Assembly (NCBI GenBank): GCA_963674755.2 | Contig: CAXXVS010000003.1 | Location: 2,336,001-2,400,000, forward strand | DNA: 64,000 nt | Origin: Desulfobacterales bacterium | Lineage (GTDB): Bacteria; Desulfobacterota; Desulfobacteria; Desulfobacterales; UBA5852 | Reading direction: 5' to 3' | Shown: one piece after another, positions 19,173 to 30,323 of the stretch | Numbering within the stretch: position 1 is the stretch's first letter | How the letters are laid out: every line of letters starts with the position of its first letter | Translations under genes and position numbers: made by a program | Notes under the pieces: generated by a model | The model's database searches: none | What the model saw: only the letters and a program-made list of their open reading frames with translations | What the model was told of the DNA's origin: nothing

Positions 19173-21425
19173 ATGCTTCGCATCCGACGCATCTATGACA
19201 ACGTCCTGCCGGTGAACAAAAGCACCCTCGGCCAGGTCCAGGACATCCTGCGCAGCCGCTTTTCGGCCGTACCCGAGGAAGAAATCACCGCCATCGGCGA
19301 GAAACTGCGCAACCCCTTCAAACAGCGCTTGCGCACCATTCTCTTCGTGGCCGAAAGCATACGGGGCAAGGTGCGCGGCTTTGCCATGCTGCTCCACGAA
19401 CCCGACCTGCGGTTCGCTTACCTGGACTGGATCGCCTCGGCTTCGGATCGTTCCGGGGCCGGCATCGGGGCGGCGCTCTATGACCGCATCCGGCGGGAGG
19501 CCATGGGGCTGAAGGTGAAGGGCATTTTTTTCGAATGCCTCCCCGACGATGCCGAAGACTGCCCCGATCCGGAAGAGCGCAAGCAGAATCGGGCGCGCCT
19601 GCGTTTCTACGAGCGTTACGGCGCGCGGCCCATCGTCGATACCGCCTACGAATCCCCGGTCAAGCCTGAAGACGTCTGCATGCCCCATCTGGTCTATGAC
19701 GATCTGGGCACCGGGCGGCCGTTGAAGAAGCGCTTTGCCCAAAAGGTGGTGCGGGCGGTCCTGGAGCGCAAATATGCCGATTACTGCCCGGCGGATTATG
19801 TCGATCGCGTGGTGAAGAGTTTCAAGGACGATCCCGTGCGGCTGCGCCCCCTGCGCTACGTCAAACCCGAAGCAGTGGTGGCGGCGGTGGAAAGCCGCTC
19901 CGCCGAGCAGATCGCCCTCATCGTCAACGACCGGCACGACATCCACCATGTCCACGAGCGGGGTTACGTGGAGTCGCCGGTGCGGGTGAAGACCATCCTC
20001 GACGCCATCATGCCCAGCGGCTTGTTCACCCCCATCAAGCCCCGGCCTTTTCCGGACAAACACTTGCATGCCGTGCACGAGGCGGGGTTCGTGGGCTATC
20101 TCAAACGGGCCTGCGCCGAAGTTCCGGCCGGAAAATCGCTCTATCCCTACATCTTCCCCATCCGCAACAAGACCCGGCCCCCCAAGGAACCCTCCGTGCT
20201 GTCCGGCTACTATTGCATCGATACCTTCACCCCCATCAACGCCAATGCCTATCCGGCCGCCCGGCGCAGTGTAGACTGCGCCCTGACCGCCGCGCGGGAG
20301 ATCCTGGATGGGCGCCGCATCGCCTACGCCCTGATCCGTCCACCGGGTCACCACGCCGAACGCGGCTCCTTCGGCGGCTTCTGCTACTTCAACAACAATG
20401 CCATCGCCGCCCAGTATTTGTGCGCCCACGGCAAGGTGGCCATCCTGGACGTGGACTACCATCACGGCAACGGCGGCCAGGACATCTTCTACCGCCGCAG
20501 CGACGTGCTGACCGTTTCCATTCATGGCCACCCGAAGTTCGCCTATCCCTATTTCTGCGGATTCGAGGATGAACGCGGCGAGGGCGAGGGCGAGGGGTTC
20601 AACCTCAATTTTCCCCTGGCCGAGATCGTGGACGGGGCCAAGTACCGTCAGGTGCTCGCGAAGGCCCTGCGCCGGATCGAAGAATTCCGGCCCCAGTTTC
20701 TCGTGGTGGGATTGGGTCTGGATCCGGCCAAAGGGGATCCCACCGGAACTTGGTCTCTCACAATGAAGGATTTTACCCTCAACGGCCGCCTGATCGGTGC
20801 TCTGGGGTTGCCCCTGGTGGTGATTCAGGAGGGGGGCTACCGCACGAAAACCCTGGGGAAAAACGCCCTGGCCTTCTTCCGGGGGTTGGTGGAGGGGGTC
20901 GGTCAGTGGGCGAGCAGCACACCCACGCCCCATCACCGGCTGCACGGGGTGGTCTTCCGGGATGCATTGACCCCCGGGGACGGTGAGCGGGTGCGCCGTC
21001 TGGTGGACATCACCGGCTTTTTCGATCCGGAGGAAGTGGCCGTGGCCGAGGAACTGGTCGAAGAGCGGTTGGCCCGGGGCGATGCCAGCGGGTACCATTT
21101 CATCATGGCCGAACATTACGGCCGCCTGGCCGGCTACGCCTGTTTCGGCCCCATTCCCTGCACGGCCGCCAGCTACGATCTCTACTGGATCGCCGTACAC
21201 CCCGACTTCCAGGGCCGCGGTCTGGGCGGGCGCCTGTTGACGGAAGCCGAGCGCCGCATCAAAGCCGCCGGCGGCCGGCGGATCTACGTGGACACCTCCC
21301 AGCGGGTCCAGTACGCCAGCACCCGTGCCTTCTATGAGAGCCGCGGCTACCGTCTGGAAACGGTTCTCCAAGACTTTTATGCTGTCGGGGACGGCAAGGC
21401 GATCTATTGCAAATCACTAGTTTAA
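19173..21425 (+). CDS. GNAT - histone deacetylase/acetylpolyamine amidohydrolase - GNAT fusion
   Basis: N-terminal GAGIGAALY; HDAC motifs RPPGHHA, GGFCYFNN, LDVDYHHGNG, QEGGY; C-terminal WIAVHPDFQGRGLG. Confidence 0.85.
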   Translation: MLRIRRIYDNVLPVNKSTLGQVQDILRSRFSAVPEEEITAIGEKLRNPFKQRLRTILFVAESIRGKVRGFAMLLHEPDLRFAYLDWIASASDRSGAGIGAALYDRIRREAMGLKVKGIFFECLPDDAEDCPDPEERKQNRARLRFYERYGARPIVDTAYESPVKPEDVCMPHLVYDDLGTGRPLKKRFAQKVVRAVLERKYADYCPADYVDRVVKSFKDDPVRLRPLRYVKPEAVVAAVESRSAEQIALIVNDRHDIHHVHERGYVESPVRVKTILDAIMPSGLFTPIKPRPFPDKHLHAVHEAGFVGYLKRACAEVPAGKSLYPYIFPIRNKTRPPKEPSVLSGYYCIDTFTPINANAYPAARRSVDCALTAAREILDGRRIAYALIRPPGHHAERGSFGGFCYFNNNAIAAQYLCAHGKVAILDVDYHHGNGGQDIFYRRSDVLTVSIHGHPKFAYPYFCGFEDERGEGEGEGFNLNFPLAEIVDGAKYRQVLAKALRRIEEFRPQFLVVGLGLDPAKGDPTGTWSLTMKDFTLNGRLIGALGLPLVVIQEGGYRTKTLGKNALAFFRGLVEGVGQWASSTPTPHHRLHGVVFRDALTPGDGERVRRLVDITGFFDPEEVAVAEELVEERLARGDASGYHFIMAEHYGRLAGYACFGPIPCTAASYDLYWIAVHPDFQGRGLGGRLLTEAERRIKAAGGRRIYVDTSQRVQYASTRAFYESRGYRLETVLQDFYAVGDGKAIYCKSLV

Positions 21426-21919
21426 TTTTGATCCAGGCCTACCTTCTTTTGTGGACGCTCCGGAGAGGTTCTACCGATCCGGGGTGCCTTTACATCAATT
21501 GGATCCTTCATTTTCTTCCACGTGGAAGAAAACGAAGCAATCACGCCTCGGCGTGACAGGCTTCAAACGCCCGTGTCCCGCTTACCCTGCGCGTCGTCCA
21601 ACCGGCCGATGACGCGGCGCCTCGTGCCGCCGTGCGGCGTTGTCAGGCTAACTCGGGTGCTCACAATCTGAAGATTGCTGCGCGCCTCGCTTTGCCTGAC
21701 GCCTTGCCCGGCAGCACGATGCTTGCGCCATCAACCGATTGAGGCGGCCGGAGCGCGCGGGAACCCGCTCCGCTCAGACAGTCCGCGCGCTTTAATCCGT
21801 CCACCGCGCCGATGCTCGGCGCGGGACAAAGGGGAATTCAAACCCTAAACTTCTAAAACCGTTTTCAAGCCCCCTTCGAGGAGGCATCCTGAGGCCTCTC
21901 GCTAAGCGGGAGGAGACTC
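21426..21919. repeat. Intergenic repeat family R1, longest copy, with a nested hairpin insert (~21600-21740)
   Basis: CTTCATTTTCTTCCACGTGGAAGAAAACGAAGCAA ... CTCAGACAGTCCGCGCGCTTTAATCC ... GGAGGAGACTC blocks shared with 27067, 30933 and 33123. Confidence 0.85.
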
Positions 21920-21959
21920 GAATCCCGCTGCACAGCGCGGGATTTCACGCCTGATTCTT

Positions 21960-22281
21960 AAATGCATCGGTGTTCAACAAAGCGCAGCCGACGGGCGTCC
22001 CGCCGAGCGGGACTTCCCATCGGATTGATTTTTCAACGGTGGGTGCCCACAGGGGTAGCCCAGCTACGCCGAGGACCGACAGGAGGCGTGAGCACCCCCA
22101 GAAGTCAAAAGATGCCGTTGATGGATGGCGATCGTTGGTGTCCGTCCAGAGATGGTAGATTTTGGTTTCTGGCAAGGCCGCAGCCGACAGGCGCCCACAG
22201 GCGTAGCCCGGCTACGCCGAGGACCGACAGGAGGCGAGAACGCCGCCAGGGGCCAAAAGATACCATTTCTGGACGGACACC
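21960..22281. repeat. Tandem MITE-like elements, family R2 (intact copy 22137-22281)
   Basis: TIRs GGTGTCCGTCCAGA/TCTGGACGGACACC; duplicated core GTAGCCC.GCTACGCCGAGGACCGACAGGAGGCG. Confidence 0.75.
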
Positions 22282-22426
22282 GATTGCACGCGGGCGCGAC
22301 CCATGATAAAGAGATAGCGTGCATAACAGGGCCGGCCTGGGTTCTTCCATAGCCGGCGGGCGTTTCTCCCCCGACGACAATTTACCGGCGGGATTTGTTC
22401 CCGCAGCAGACCAAAGGACATGCGCG

Positions 22427-23593
22427 ATGCGCTTCCCGCTTTCGACAGCCCTTTTGCTCCTGATGGCGACCGGCCTGGCCGCCGGATGTTCCGACACAAT
22501 CGAACCGGGCAATACTTCGCTTGGCAAAGGTCCGGCCGTCACCGTGCCGGTGATGGTGGCGGAGGAGAAGCCCCAGCCCCAGATCTACGAGGCGCTCGGC
22601 ACGGTGAGCGCCCGGGTGGCGGCCACGGTATCCAGCAAGCTCATGGGGACGGTCCTGGCCGTTGCGGTCCGGGAAGGGGACCGGGTACAACAAGGCGATC
22701 TCCTGGTGGCACTGGACGATCGCCAGGTGGCCGCTCAACTGGCCCAGGCCCAGGCGGTTCTGCAGACGGCCCGCAAAGGGGAATCCGAGGCCCTCTCCGC
22801 CCGGACGGCCGCGGCCGCCGGGGCTGAGCAGGCCCTGCTGGCCTACCGCCGCGGCCAGGCCCTCCTGGCGGGTGAGGCCATCACCCAGGCGGATTTCGAA
22901 GGGGCGCAGGCCCGCCAGCGGCAGGCCCAGGCCGCGCTGAAGCAGGCCGAAGCGGCCGTAAAGGCGGCCCAATCCCGCGTGCGGCAGGCCCGGGCCGGGG
23001 TGGACGCCGCCCGGGTGGCCCGTCAGGATGCCCGTGTCACTGCGCCATTCGAAGGCCGTGTGACGGCGAAACTGGTCGATGCCGGTGATCTTGCGGCGCC
23101 GGGCAAGCCGCTGATCGTGATGGAGCGCATCGGCGGCTACCGCGTGGACCTGGAGGTTCCCGAAAGCTATGCCCACCTTGTACGGGCCGGCCAGCCCGTG
23201 GCGGTGCGCGTGCCGTCCGCCGGGCCGGCCGTGCTGCCAGGCACGGTGGAGGTGGTGGTGCCGGCGGCCGATCCGCGTAGCCGGACGTCCGTCGTCCAGG
23301 TGGGGGTTCCCGCCAGCGAAACCCTGCGCTCGGGCATGTTCGCCCGGGCCGACCTGCCTCTGGCCGAGCGCCCCGTGATGCGCATTCCCGCGGCGGCCGT
23401 CGTTCGGAAGGGGCAGTTGACCGGGGTGTTTATCGTCGACCAGGACGATACCGCCCGTTTCCGTTTGATCCGCACCGGCCGTTCGGCCGGCGATCAGGTG
23501 GATGTGATTTCCGGCCTGGCACCAGGCACCCGCCTGGTTGCCGCCCCTCCGATCCAACTCGCCAACGGATCTGCCGTGGAGGCTGAAAAATGA
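22427..23593 (+). CDS. RND efflux periplasmic adaptor (MFP) lipoprotein
   Basis: Lipobox [19 protein letters not shown], coiled coil, [16 protein letters not shown]. Confidence 0.9.
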   Translation: MRFPLSTALLLLMATGLAAGCSDTIEPGNTSLGKGPAVTVPVMVAEEKPQPQIYEALGTVSARVAATVSSKLMGTVLAVAVREGDRVQQGDLLVALDDRQVAAQLAQAQAVLQTARKGESEALSARTAAAAGAEQALLAYRRGQALLAGEAITQADFEGAQARQRQAQAALKQAEAAVKAAQSRVRQARAGVDAARVARQDARVTAPFEGRVTAKLVDAGDLAAPGKPLIVMERIGGYRVDLEVPESYAHLVRAGQPVAVRVPSAGPAVLPGTVEVVVPAADPRSRTSVVQVGVPASETLRSGMFARADLPLAERPVMRIPAAAVVRKGQLTGVFIVDQDDTARFRLIRTGRSAGDQVDVISGLAPGTRLVAAPPIQLANGSAVEAEK

Positions 23594-26500
23594 AGTCGTC
23601 TTTCGGCCCCGCCGGGAAGATCGCCCACTATTTCATCGCTTCCAAACTGACGCCGCTGATCGTCATGGCCTCGATCCTGCTGGGGCTGGGGGCCCTGATG
23701 GCCCTCCCCCGGGAGGAGGAGCCCCAGATCATCGTGCCCATGATCGATATTTTCGTGCAGATGCCCGGAGCCGAAACCAAGGAGGTGGAGGAACGCATCA
23801 CCCGGCCCATGGAGAGTCTGCTGTGGGAAATTCCCGGGGTGGAATACGTCTACTCCACCAGCATGCCGGGCATGTCGATGGCCATCGTGCGCTTCTATGT
23901 GGGGGAGAATGAGGAAGCGGCCATCGTCCGGCTGCAGTCCAAGCTCATGGCCAACATGGACCGGATTCCCTGCTGCGTTGCGCCGCCCCTGATCAAACCG
24001 CGCTATATCGACGACGTGCCCATTCTGGCCCTGACCTTCTGGAGCGAGGAGGTATCGCCTTATCTGCTGCGCCGGGTGGCCGCCGAGGTGGAGGACAAGG
24101 TCAAACGCGAGCCCAACGTCTCCATCACCACCCTGATCGGGGGCCAGGCCCGGCAGTTGGACGTGCAGCTCGATCCGGTGCGCCTGGCCGGCTACGGACT
24201 GGATGCGCTGACGGTGGCCCGGCAGCTGTCCGCCGCCAATCAGGCCGCGGATGCCGGCACCTATCCCACCCCCGAGGGTCAGATCATCATTCATGCCGGC
24301 GGTTTTCTGAAAAGCACCGAAGACGCGGCCCGCGTGGTGGTGGCGAGCTACAAGGGGCGTCCGGTGTATCTGGCCGATGTGGCCACCATTCGGGACGGTC
24401 CTGCCCTGGCCAGTGATTATGTCTTCTTCGGCGCCGGACCGGCCGCCGAAGAAGAGGGGATTGCCCGGGAAACGTCCCGGGGCGCGCCCTATCCGGCGGT
24501 CACCCTGACCCTGGCCAAGCGTAAGGGGACCAATGCCATCACCGTGGCCGACAATGTGCTCGAACGGGTGGCGGCCCTCAAGGGCGACATCATTCCGGAC
24601 AACGTCCACCTCACCATAACCCGGCATTACGGGAAAACGGCCAAGGAGAAGAGCGACGAGCTGCTGCTGCACATGCTGATCGCCATCGTGTCGGTGACCA
24701 TCCTCATCTGGTTCACCCTGGGGCACCGGGAATCCGGCGTGGTGGCCTTTGCCATACCGGTAACCCTGGCCCTGACGATGGCCGTTTTCTATCTCTACGG
24801 CTACACCCTGAACCGCATTACCCTGTTTGCCCTGATTTTCTCCATCGGCATCCTGGTGGACGATGCCATCGTGGTGGTGGAGAATATCGTGCGCCACAAC
24901 CGGCTGGCCAAAAACGCCGGCCGCCCCCCCAGCGAGGTGGCTGTGGAAGCCGTGGACGAGGTGGGCAATCCCACCATCCTGGCCACCTTGACGGTGATTG
25001 CCGCCATTTTGCCGATGGCCTTCGTGGGGGGCCTGATGGGGCCCTATATGCGGCCCATTCCGGTGGGGGCTTCGGCGGCCATGGTCTTCTCCATCCTGGT
25101 GGCCTTTATCGTCACCCCCTGGGCGGCCATGCTGCTTCTAAGGCACAAGGGCGGCGGCCATGGCGATGCGCACGACGCGGAGGATTGGGCCACCCGGCTC
25201 TACCGCAACGTGATGGGGCATCTGCTCCACAATCCGCTGTGGCGCTGGTCCTTTCTGATCGGTGTGATCGCCCTGTTGCTGGGGGCCTGCACCATGGTGG
25301 CCGTGGGCCTGGTGCGGGTCAAGATGCTGCCCTTCGACAACAAGAGCGAGTTCCAGGTGGTGATCGACATGCCCGATAAGGCCACCCTGGAGGACACGGC
25401 CGCGGCGGCGTTCGAGATGGGGAATTATCTGGCCACGGTCAACGAGGTGGTGGACTACCAGGTCTACGTGGGGACATCCGGGCCGATCAATTTCAACGGG
25501 CTGGTGCGCCACTACTACCTCCGCAACCTGCCTTGCCAGGGAGACATCTATGTCAACCTGGCCGAAAAAGGTCTGCGCCAGGAGCAGAGCCACGCCATTG
25601 CCAAACGGGTGCGGCCGCCCCTGGATGCCATTGCCCGGCGCTACGGGGCCCGGATCAAGATCGTCGAGGTGCCGCCGGGCCCGCCGGTGATTTCCACCCT
25701 GGTGGCGGAAATCTATGGCCCCGACTACGAGCGCCAACGGGAGCTGGCCCTCAAAATCCGGTCGATTTTCGAAGAGACGGAGGGGGTCGTGGATGTGGAC
25801 TGGATCATGGACGAGGGCCAGACCCGCTACGAGGTTGCTCCGGACCAGGAAAAGGCGGCCCTGAACGGCATCAGCGTGGCCCAGATCACGCAAACCCTCA
25901 AGACCGCCCTTTCCGGCACCCGCACCGGACTGCTGCACCTGCCGCTGGAACGGGAAGACGTCAATATCGTCCTGCAACCGCCCCTGGTCTTGCGGGCCGG
26001 GCTGCAGCGGCTCAAGGCCATCCATATCAGCGCGGCCGACGGCCGCCCGGTGCCCCTGTCGGACCTCGTGACGATACGGCAGACGCCCATGGACCAGAGC
26101 ATCTACCGCAAGAATCTCCAGCCGGTGGTCTACGTGATCGGGGATGTGGCCGGCGCCAAGGAGAGCCCGGTTTACGCGATCCTGGAGATGCGAAAAAAGA
26201 TTGCCGCCATCACGCTTCCGGAGGGCTACCAGATCGAACAGCACCTGGCCAGCATGCCCACCAGCGACCGGCGTTTTAGCATGAAGTGGGACGGTGAATG
26301 GCAGATCACCTACGAAGTCTTCCGGGACCTGGGGATCGCCTTCGCCCTGGTGCTGGTGCTGATCTTCGTACTGGTGGTGGGCTGGTTCCAGTCCTTTTCG
26401 ACACCGGTGGTCATCATGATGGCCATTCCCTTTTCCCTGATCGGCATTTTGCCGGCCCACTGGGCCCTGGGGGCCTTTTTCACCGCCACCTCCATGATCG

Positions 26501-26850
26501 GATTTATCGCCGGGGCGGGCATCGTGGTGCGCAACTCCATCATCCTGGTGGATTTTATCGAACTGCGTCTGGCCGAGGGGGCACCTCTGGATTTGGCCGT
26601 CATCGATGCCGGGGCGGTGCGCTTCCGGCCCATGATGCTCACCGCGGCCGCCGTGGTGGTGGGGGCCTCGGTGATCCTGTTCGATCCCATCTTCCAGGGG
26701 CTGGCCATCTCGCTGATGGCCGGGGAGGTGGCCTCGCTCCTTTTCTCGCGCATGACCGTGCCCATTCTCTATTTTCTGGACAAACGCTGGGAATTTGCCC
26801 ACGGCCACGGGCCGACCCATCCGGCGGAGAGTGACGCATCGAAAGCGTAG
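23590..26850 (+). CDS. RND efflux permease (AcrB/D/F family)
   Basis: 1086 aa; [33 protein letters not shown]. Confidence 0.92.
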   Translation: MKSSFGPAGKIAHYFIASKLTPLIVMASILLGLGALMALPREEEPQIIVPMIDIFVQMPGAETKEVEERITRPMESLLWEIPGVEYVYSTSMPGMSMAIVRFYVGENEEAAIVRLQSKLMANMDRIPCCVAPPLIKPRYIDDVPILALTFWSEEVSPYLLRRVAAEVEDKVKREPNVSITTLIGGQARQLDVQLDPVRLAGYGLDALTVARQLSAANQAADAGTYPTPEGQIIIHAGGFLKSTEDAARVVVASYKGRPVYLADVATIRDGPALASDYVFFGAGPAAEEEGIARETSRGAPYPAVTLTLAKRKGTNAITVADNVLERVAALKGDIIPDNVHLTITRHYGKTAKEKSDELLLHMLIAIVSVTILIWFTLGHRESGVVAFAIPVTLALTMAVFYLYGYTLNRITLFALIFSIGILVDDAIVVVENIVRHNRLAKNAGRPPSEVAVEAVDEVGNPTILATLTVIAAILPMAFVGGLMGPYMRPIPVGASAAMVFSILVAFIVTPWAAMLLLRHKGGGHGDAHDAEDWATRLYRNVMGHLLHNPLWRWSFLIGVIALLLGACTMVAVGLVRVKMLPFDNKSEFQVVIDMPDKATLEDTAAAAFEMGNYLATVNEVVDYQVYVGTSGPINFNGLVRHYYLRNLPCQGDIYVNLAEKGLRQEQSHAIAKRVRPPLDAIARRYGARIKIVEVPPGPPVISTLVAEIYGPDYERQRELALKIRSIFEETEGVVDVDWIMDEGQTRYEVAPDQEKAALNGISVAQITQTLKTALSGTRTGLLHLPLEREDVNIVLQPPLVLRAGLQRLKAIHISAADGRPVPLSDLVTIRQTPMDQSIYRKNLQPVVYVIGDVAGAKESPVYAILEMRKKIAAITLPEGYQIEQHLASMPTSDRRFSMKWDGEWQITYEVFRDLGIAFALVLVLIFVLVVGWFQSFSTPVVIMMAIPFSLIGILPAHWALGAFFTATSMIGFIAGAGIVVRNSIILVDFIELRLAEGAPLDLAVIDAGAVRFRPMMLTAAAVVVGASVILFDPIFQGLAISLMAGEVASLLFSRMTVPILYFLDKRWEFAHGHGPTHPAESDASKA

Positions 26851-27066
26851 CCGTTTGATCCGTATCCGCCGTCTGGCGCCGTCGCTATTGAATCGGCACC
26901 GGACACGTCCTATAGTGGGCGGCACCATCTCTCTCATGATTGCCTCATTTATTTTGGCAGGCAGTGGATAACCGACGGGATGAAAGGACAGTGCTACCCG
27001 ATGCGCAAAGAGCAGCAACCATCAGGGTTGCAGTGGCGGTTTCGGCAGGAGGTAAACATACCTTAG

Positions 27067-27337
27067 TTTTGATCTAAACCGGCCACCTCTGGTGTAGGAT
27101 CCAGAGAGATTATGTCGATCCGTGATGCTTTTTCGTAAATGGCTTCTTCATTTTCTTCCACGTGGAAGAAAACGAAGCAATCACGCCCCGGCGTGACAGG
27201 CTTCAGACGCCCATGTCCCGCTTCTTCCTGCGCGTCGTCGCGGGACAAGGGGAAATTCAAAACCTAAAATTCAAAACCATTTTCAAGCTTCCTTCGAGGG
27301 GGCTACCTGAGGTCTCCTGCCGGGCGGGAGGAGACTC
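27067..27337. repeat. Intergenic repeat family R1, internally deleted copy
   Basis: Shares 5' and 3' blocks with 21426-21919 but lacks the central CTCAGACAGTCC module. Confidence 0.8.
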
Positions 27338-27369
27338 TGGCCACATGATCCGGCGAGGAATGCCGCGCC

Positions 27370-29250
27370 ATGCATTTTCGACCTGAAAACATCGTGCCGT
27401 TCGTCGCCTGGCTGCGCCACTACGACCGCCAGCACCTGCGGGCCGATATCTTTGCCGGGCTGACCGTGGCCGTGGTATCCCTGCCCCAATCCATGGCCTA
27501 CGCCCTGATTGCGGGCCTGCCGATCCAGTACGGCCTCTATGCCTCCATCGTGCCTACGATCATCGGCGGCCTGTGGGGCAGTTCGGCCCACCTCATCACG
27601 GGGCCGGCCACGGCCGTTTCCCTGGTGGTGTTCACCACCCTGAGCGAAGTCGCCCAGCCCGGCACCGCCATCTATCTCGAGCTGGCGTTTTTCCTGGCCC
27701 TGATGATCGGGGCGATCCAGATCACCATGGGCATGGCCCGCATGGGCAATCTGCTCAATTTCGTGTCCCACTCCGTCCTGCTGGGATTTACGGCCGGGGC
27801 CGCTGTCCTGATCGTTTTTCAGCAATTGCCGGCCCTGCTGGGCATTCATCTGGAACGGGGCGGGACGTTTCTGCTGGAGCTGGTGCACCTGGCCTCCCTG
27901 CTGCACCGCGCCCATCCTCTGACCCTCCTGATCAGCATGGGGACCGTCGGCGTCATCCTGCTGTTCAAGAAACTGCTCCCCAACTGGCCCGGCACCCTGA
28001 TCGCCATGGTCCTGATGGGGCTGGCGGTCTTCCTCTTCCGTCTGGATGCCCGCGGCGTGGCGGTGGTGGGGGCCATCCCGGACAGCCTGCCGCCCTTCCG
28101 GCTTCCGGGCGCGGAAGCCTTTGCCCGGACGGGGCAGCTCGTCCCCGGAGCGCTGGCCCTGGCCATCCTGGGGCTGGTGGAGGCCGTTTCCATCGCCAAG
28201 TCGATCGCCGACCAGACCCGCCAGCGGCTCAATATCAACCGCGAGTTCGTGGCCCAGGGGCTGGCCAATCTGGGCGCCGGCTTTTTCAGCGGTTTTCCCG
28301 GGAGCGGATCCTTTACCCGTTCGGCGGTCAATTTCCGCTCCGGCGGACGGACGCCCGTCAGTGCCGTGGTATCGGCCCTGGCTATCGGGGTCATCGTTTT
28401 GACGGCCGGCCCCCTGACCGCTTCGCTGCCCATGGCCACCCTGGCGGGGGTGCTGGTGGTGGTGGCCTACCAGCTGATCCGGGTGCGGGACATCGCCCGT
28501 ACGATCCGCGCCACCCGCTCCGATGCGGCCGTTCTGGTGATCACCTTTCTGTCCACCCTGCTGTTCAACATCGAATTCGCCGTCTACATCGGGATCCTGC
28601 TTTCCATCGGCCTGCATCTGGCGCGCACCTCCCATCCCCATATCGAATCATTGGTGCCGGACAAGGCCACCGGCAAGATGGCGGTCAGCGACCACGGGGA
28701 TGCCTGCTGCCAGCTGGAGATCGTCCAGGTCGACGGCTCCCTTTTTTTCGGTTCGGCGGCCTTTGTGCTGGACGACCTCCAGCGGCGGCTGCGGACCCGG
28801 CCGGAGGTTGCCAATCTCCTGTTGCGGATGCATCATGTCAACACCATGGACGCCAGCGGAGTTCACGCGCTGGAGATTGTCATGGAGGAGATCCAGCGCC
28901 GCGGCGGCGGCCTTTATTTCGCCGGCGTGCATCACCAGGTTTTCCTGACGCTCAAAAATTCGGGCCTCTTGCGGGATGCGGGCGACACCCACGTCCACGC
29001 CGCCACCGGCCGTGCGATCCGCCAGGCCATGCGGGAGAATTTCTGCCCGGTGGTCTGCGCGGCCTGTCCGGTCGTTGTTTTCGAGGAATGCCCGCCCCTC
29101 AAGGCGGGGGACTGGTCCATCTTCGGGGCCGGTGTCCAGCCCCGCCTGTGCATGCTGCCCAAAGTGAAAAATAAGAAGCCGCAGGACACCTCCCGCGGGA
29201 AGCACAACGGAGAGGAACGCCCCTCGGCAGATCGGCTGGGACAGGATTGA
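27370..29250 (+). CDS. SulP-family anion transporter with STAS domain and Cys-rich tail
   Basis: LPQSMAYA, GSFTRSAVN, DGSLFFGS, MDASG. Confidence 0.92.
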   Translation: MHFRPENIVPFVAWLRHYDRQHLRADIFAGLTVAVVSLPQSMAYALIAGLPIQYGLYASIVPTIIGGLWGSSAHLITGPATAVSLVVFTTLSEVAQPGTAIYLELAFFLALMIGAIQITMGMARMGNLLNFVSHSVLLGFTAGAAVLIVFQQLPALLGIHLERGGTFLLELVHLASLLHRAHPLTLLISMGTVGVILLFKKLLPNWPGTLIAMVLMGLAVFLFRLDARGVAVVGAIPDSLPPFRLPGAEAFARTGQLVPGALALAILGLVEAVSIAKSIADQTRQRLNINREFVAQGLANLGAGFFSGFPGSGSFTRSAVNFRSGGRTPVSAVVSALAIGVIVLTAGPLTASLPMATLAGVLVVVAYQLIRVRDIARTIRATRSDAAVLVITFLSTLLFNIEFAVYIGILLSIGLHLARTSHPHIESLVPDKATGKMAVSDHGDACCQLEIVQVDGSLFFGSAAFVLDDLQRRLRTRPEVANLLLRMHHVNTMDASGVHALEIVMEEIQRRGGGLYFAGVHHQVFLTLKNSGLLRDAGDTHVHAATGRAIRQAMRENFCPVVCAACPVVVFEECPPLKAGDWSIFGAGVQPRLCMLPKVKNKKPQDTSRGKHNGEERPSADRLGQD

Positions 29251-30194
29251 TGATGAAACTATTGGTTTATACCGATGGCGGCCCTGCCACCGACAAGGCG
29301 CTGGCTTTCGCGGCCCATTGGGTGCGGCAGCTCCAGGCGGAATTGGCCGTTATAACGGTGCGCGGCGAAACCCATGCCATGGAGACACCGCCGCCCCTGG
29401 GCCGGGAGGTGCCCTCCTCCGAATGGGACCGGTTGCCGGGTGGGTTGCAGGCCCTGACCCGCGCCGCGGCGCAGCTCGGCCAAGAGGAGGTCCTGGTGTT
29501 GCCGGCCGGCATCATGATCCGGGAAACGCCCCATAGCCACTTTTTTACCTGTCCTGGACGGGGCGACCACAAGATCGTCTTTCACGAGTGCTTCGGTCCT
29601 TTTATCGAAGCCCTCAACCGGGAGATCGACCGCCATCGCTATGACCTCCTGATCATCGCGCCTCCGGAGCGGGGACGCGTGCGGCGCTGGCTGCTGGGGG
29701 ACACCACCCGTAAACTGGCCCTCGATCTGCACACGTCGGTTCTGGTGGTGCGGGGCGGCACCCCGGAGAGCCGCCTGATGGTTTGTGTCGACGGCTCCGC
29801 CTCGTGCAAACGCGCTTTTCCCCTGCTGCAGCACCTGCTGCCCACGATCCGCAAACCCGTGGAAATTCTCTGGGTGCGCTCTTCCCGCGCGAACGCGGAA
29901 ACGGCGGACCAGGCCGCGCATTGCCTGAGCCGGGCCGCCCAATGGCTGGAGGCCTGCGGCAAACCGAACCGGGTCAACCAGATCCAAAACGACCACCCGG
30001 CCGAGGCTATCAGCACGGCCGCCGGCGAGGATGCGCTGGTGGTGATCGGCGCCAGCCTGCGCCATGATGTTTACCGCCGGACCCTGGGGACCTTGCCCAT
30101 GCGTCTGCTGGCCCGCACGTCGGCCAGCGTCCTGCTGGCCAAGGCGCCCCCGGAGGACGATCCGGGCACCTACGGGGGGAAGTTTACCTGCTGA
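29250..30194 (+). CDS. Tandem universal stress protein
   Basis: LLVYTDGG, LLGDTTRKL..SVLVVR, VCVDGS, LGTLPMRLL. Confidence 0.75.
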   Translation: MMKLLVYTDGGPATDKALAFAAHWVRQLQAELAVITVRGETHAMETPPPLGREVPSSEWDRLPGGLQALTRAAAQLGQEEVLVLPAGIMIRETPHSHFFTCPGRGDHKIVFHECFGPFIEALNREIDRHRYDLLIIAPPERGRVRRWLLGDTTRKLALDLHTSVLVVRGGTPESRLMVCVDGSASCKRAFPLLQHLLPTIRKPVEILWVRSSRANAETADQAAHCLSRAAQWLEACGKPNRVNQIQNDHPAEAISTAAGEDALVVIGASLRHDVYRRTLGTLPMRLLARTSASVLLAKAPPEDDPGTYGGKFTC

Positions 30195-30323
30195 CCCCAT
30201 CACACGGCGACCGCGATCCAGGCCTGACCCCTGCACGCCGAACGCTTCGCCAATCGATTCCGCCGCCGGTTCTTTTGCCTGGCCGGCCGGTGTTTTACAG
30301 GGCTCCCCTTAACCGGAGAACTG

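Noticed and set aside
18930..21371. 813-aa minus-strand ORF (likewise 25138-27018, 37556-39421, 41192-42739, 12608-14032)
   Set aside because: Antisense shadows of motif-rich genes in GC-rich DNA; no recognisable motifs.
21426..21919. R1 repeat as an autonomous IS or a tRNA/rRNA fragment
   Set aside because: No transposase ORF, cloverleaf or rRNA signature seen.
21960..22281. Direct repeats that might be a CRISPR array
   Set aside because: Only two units, embedded in palindromic MITE-like elements; no regular spacers and no cas genes.
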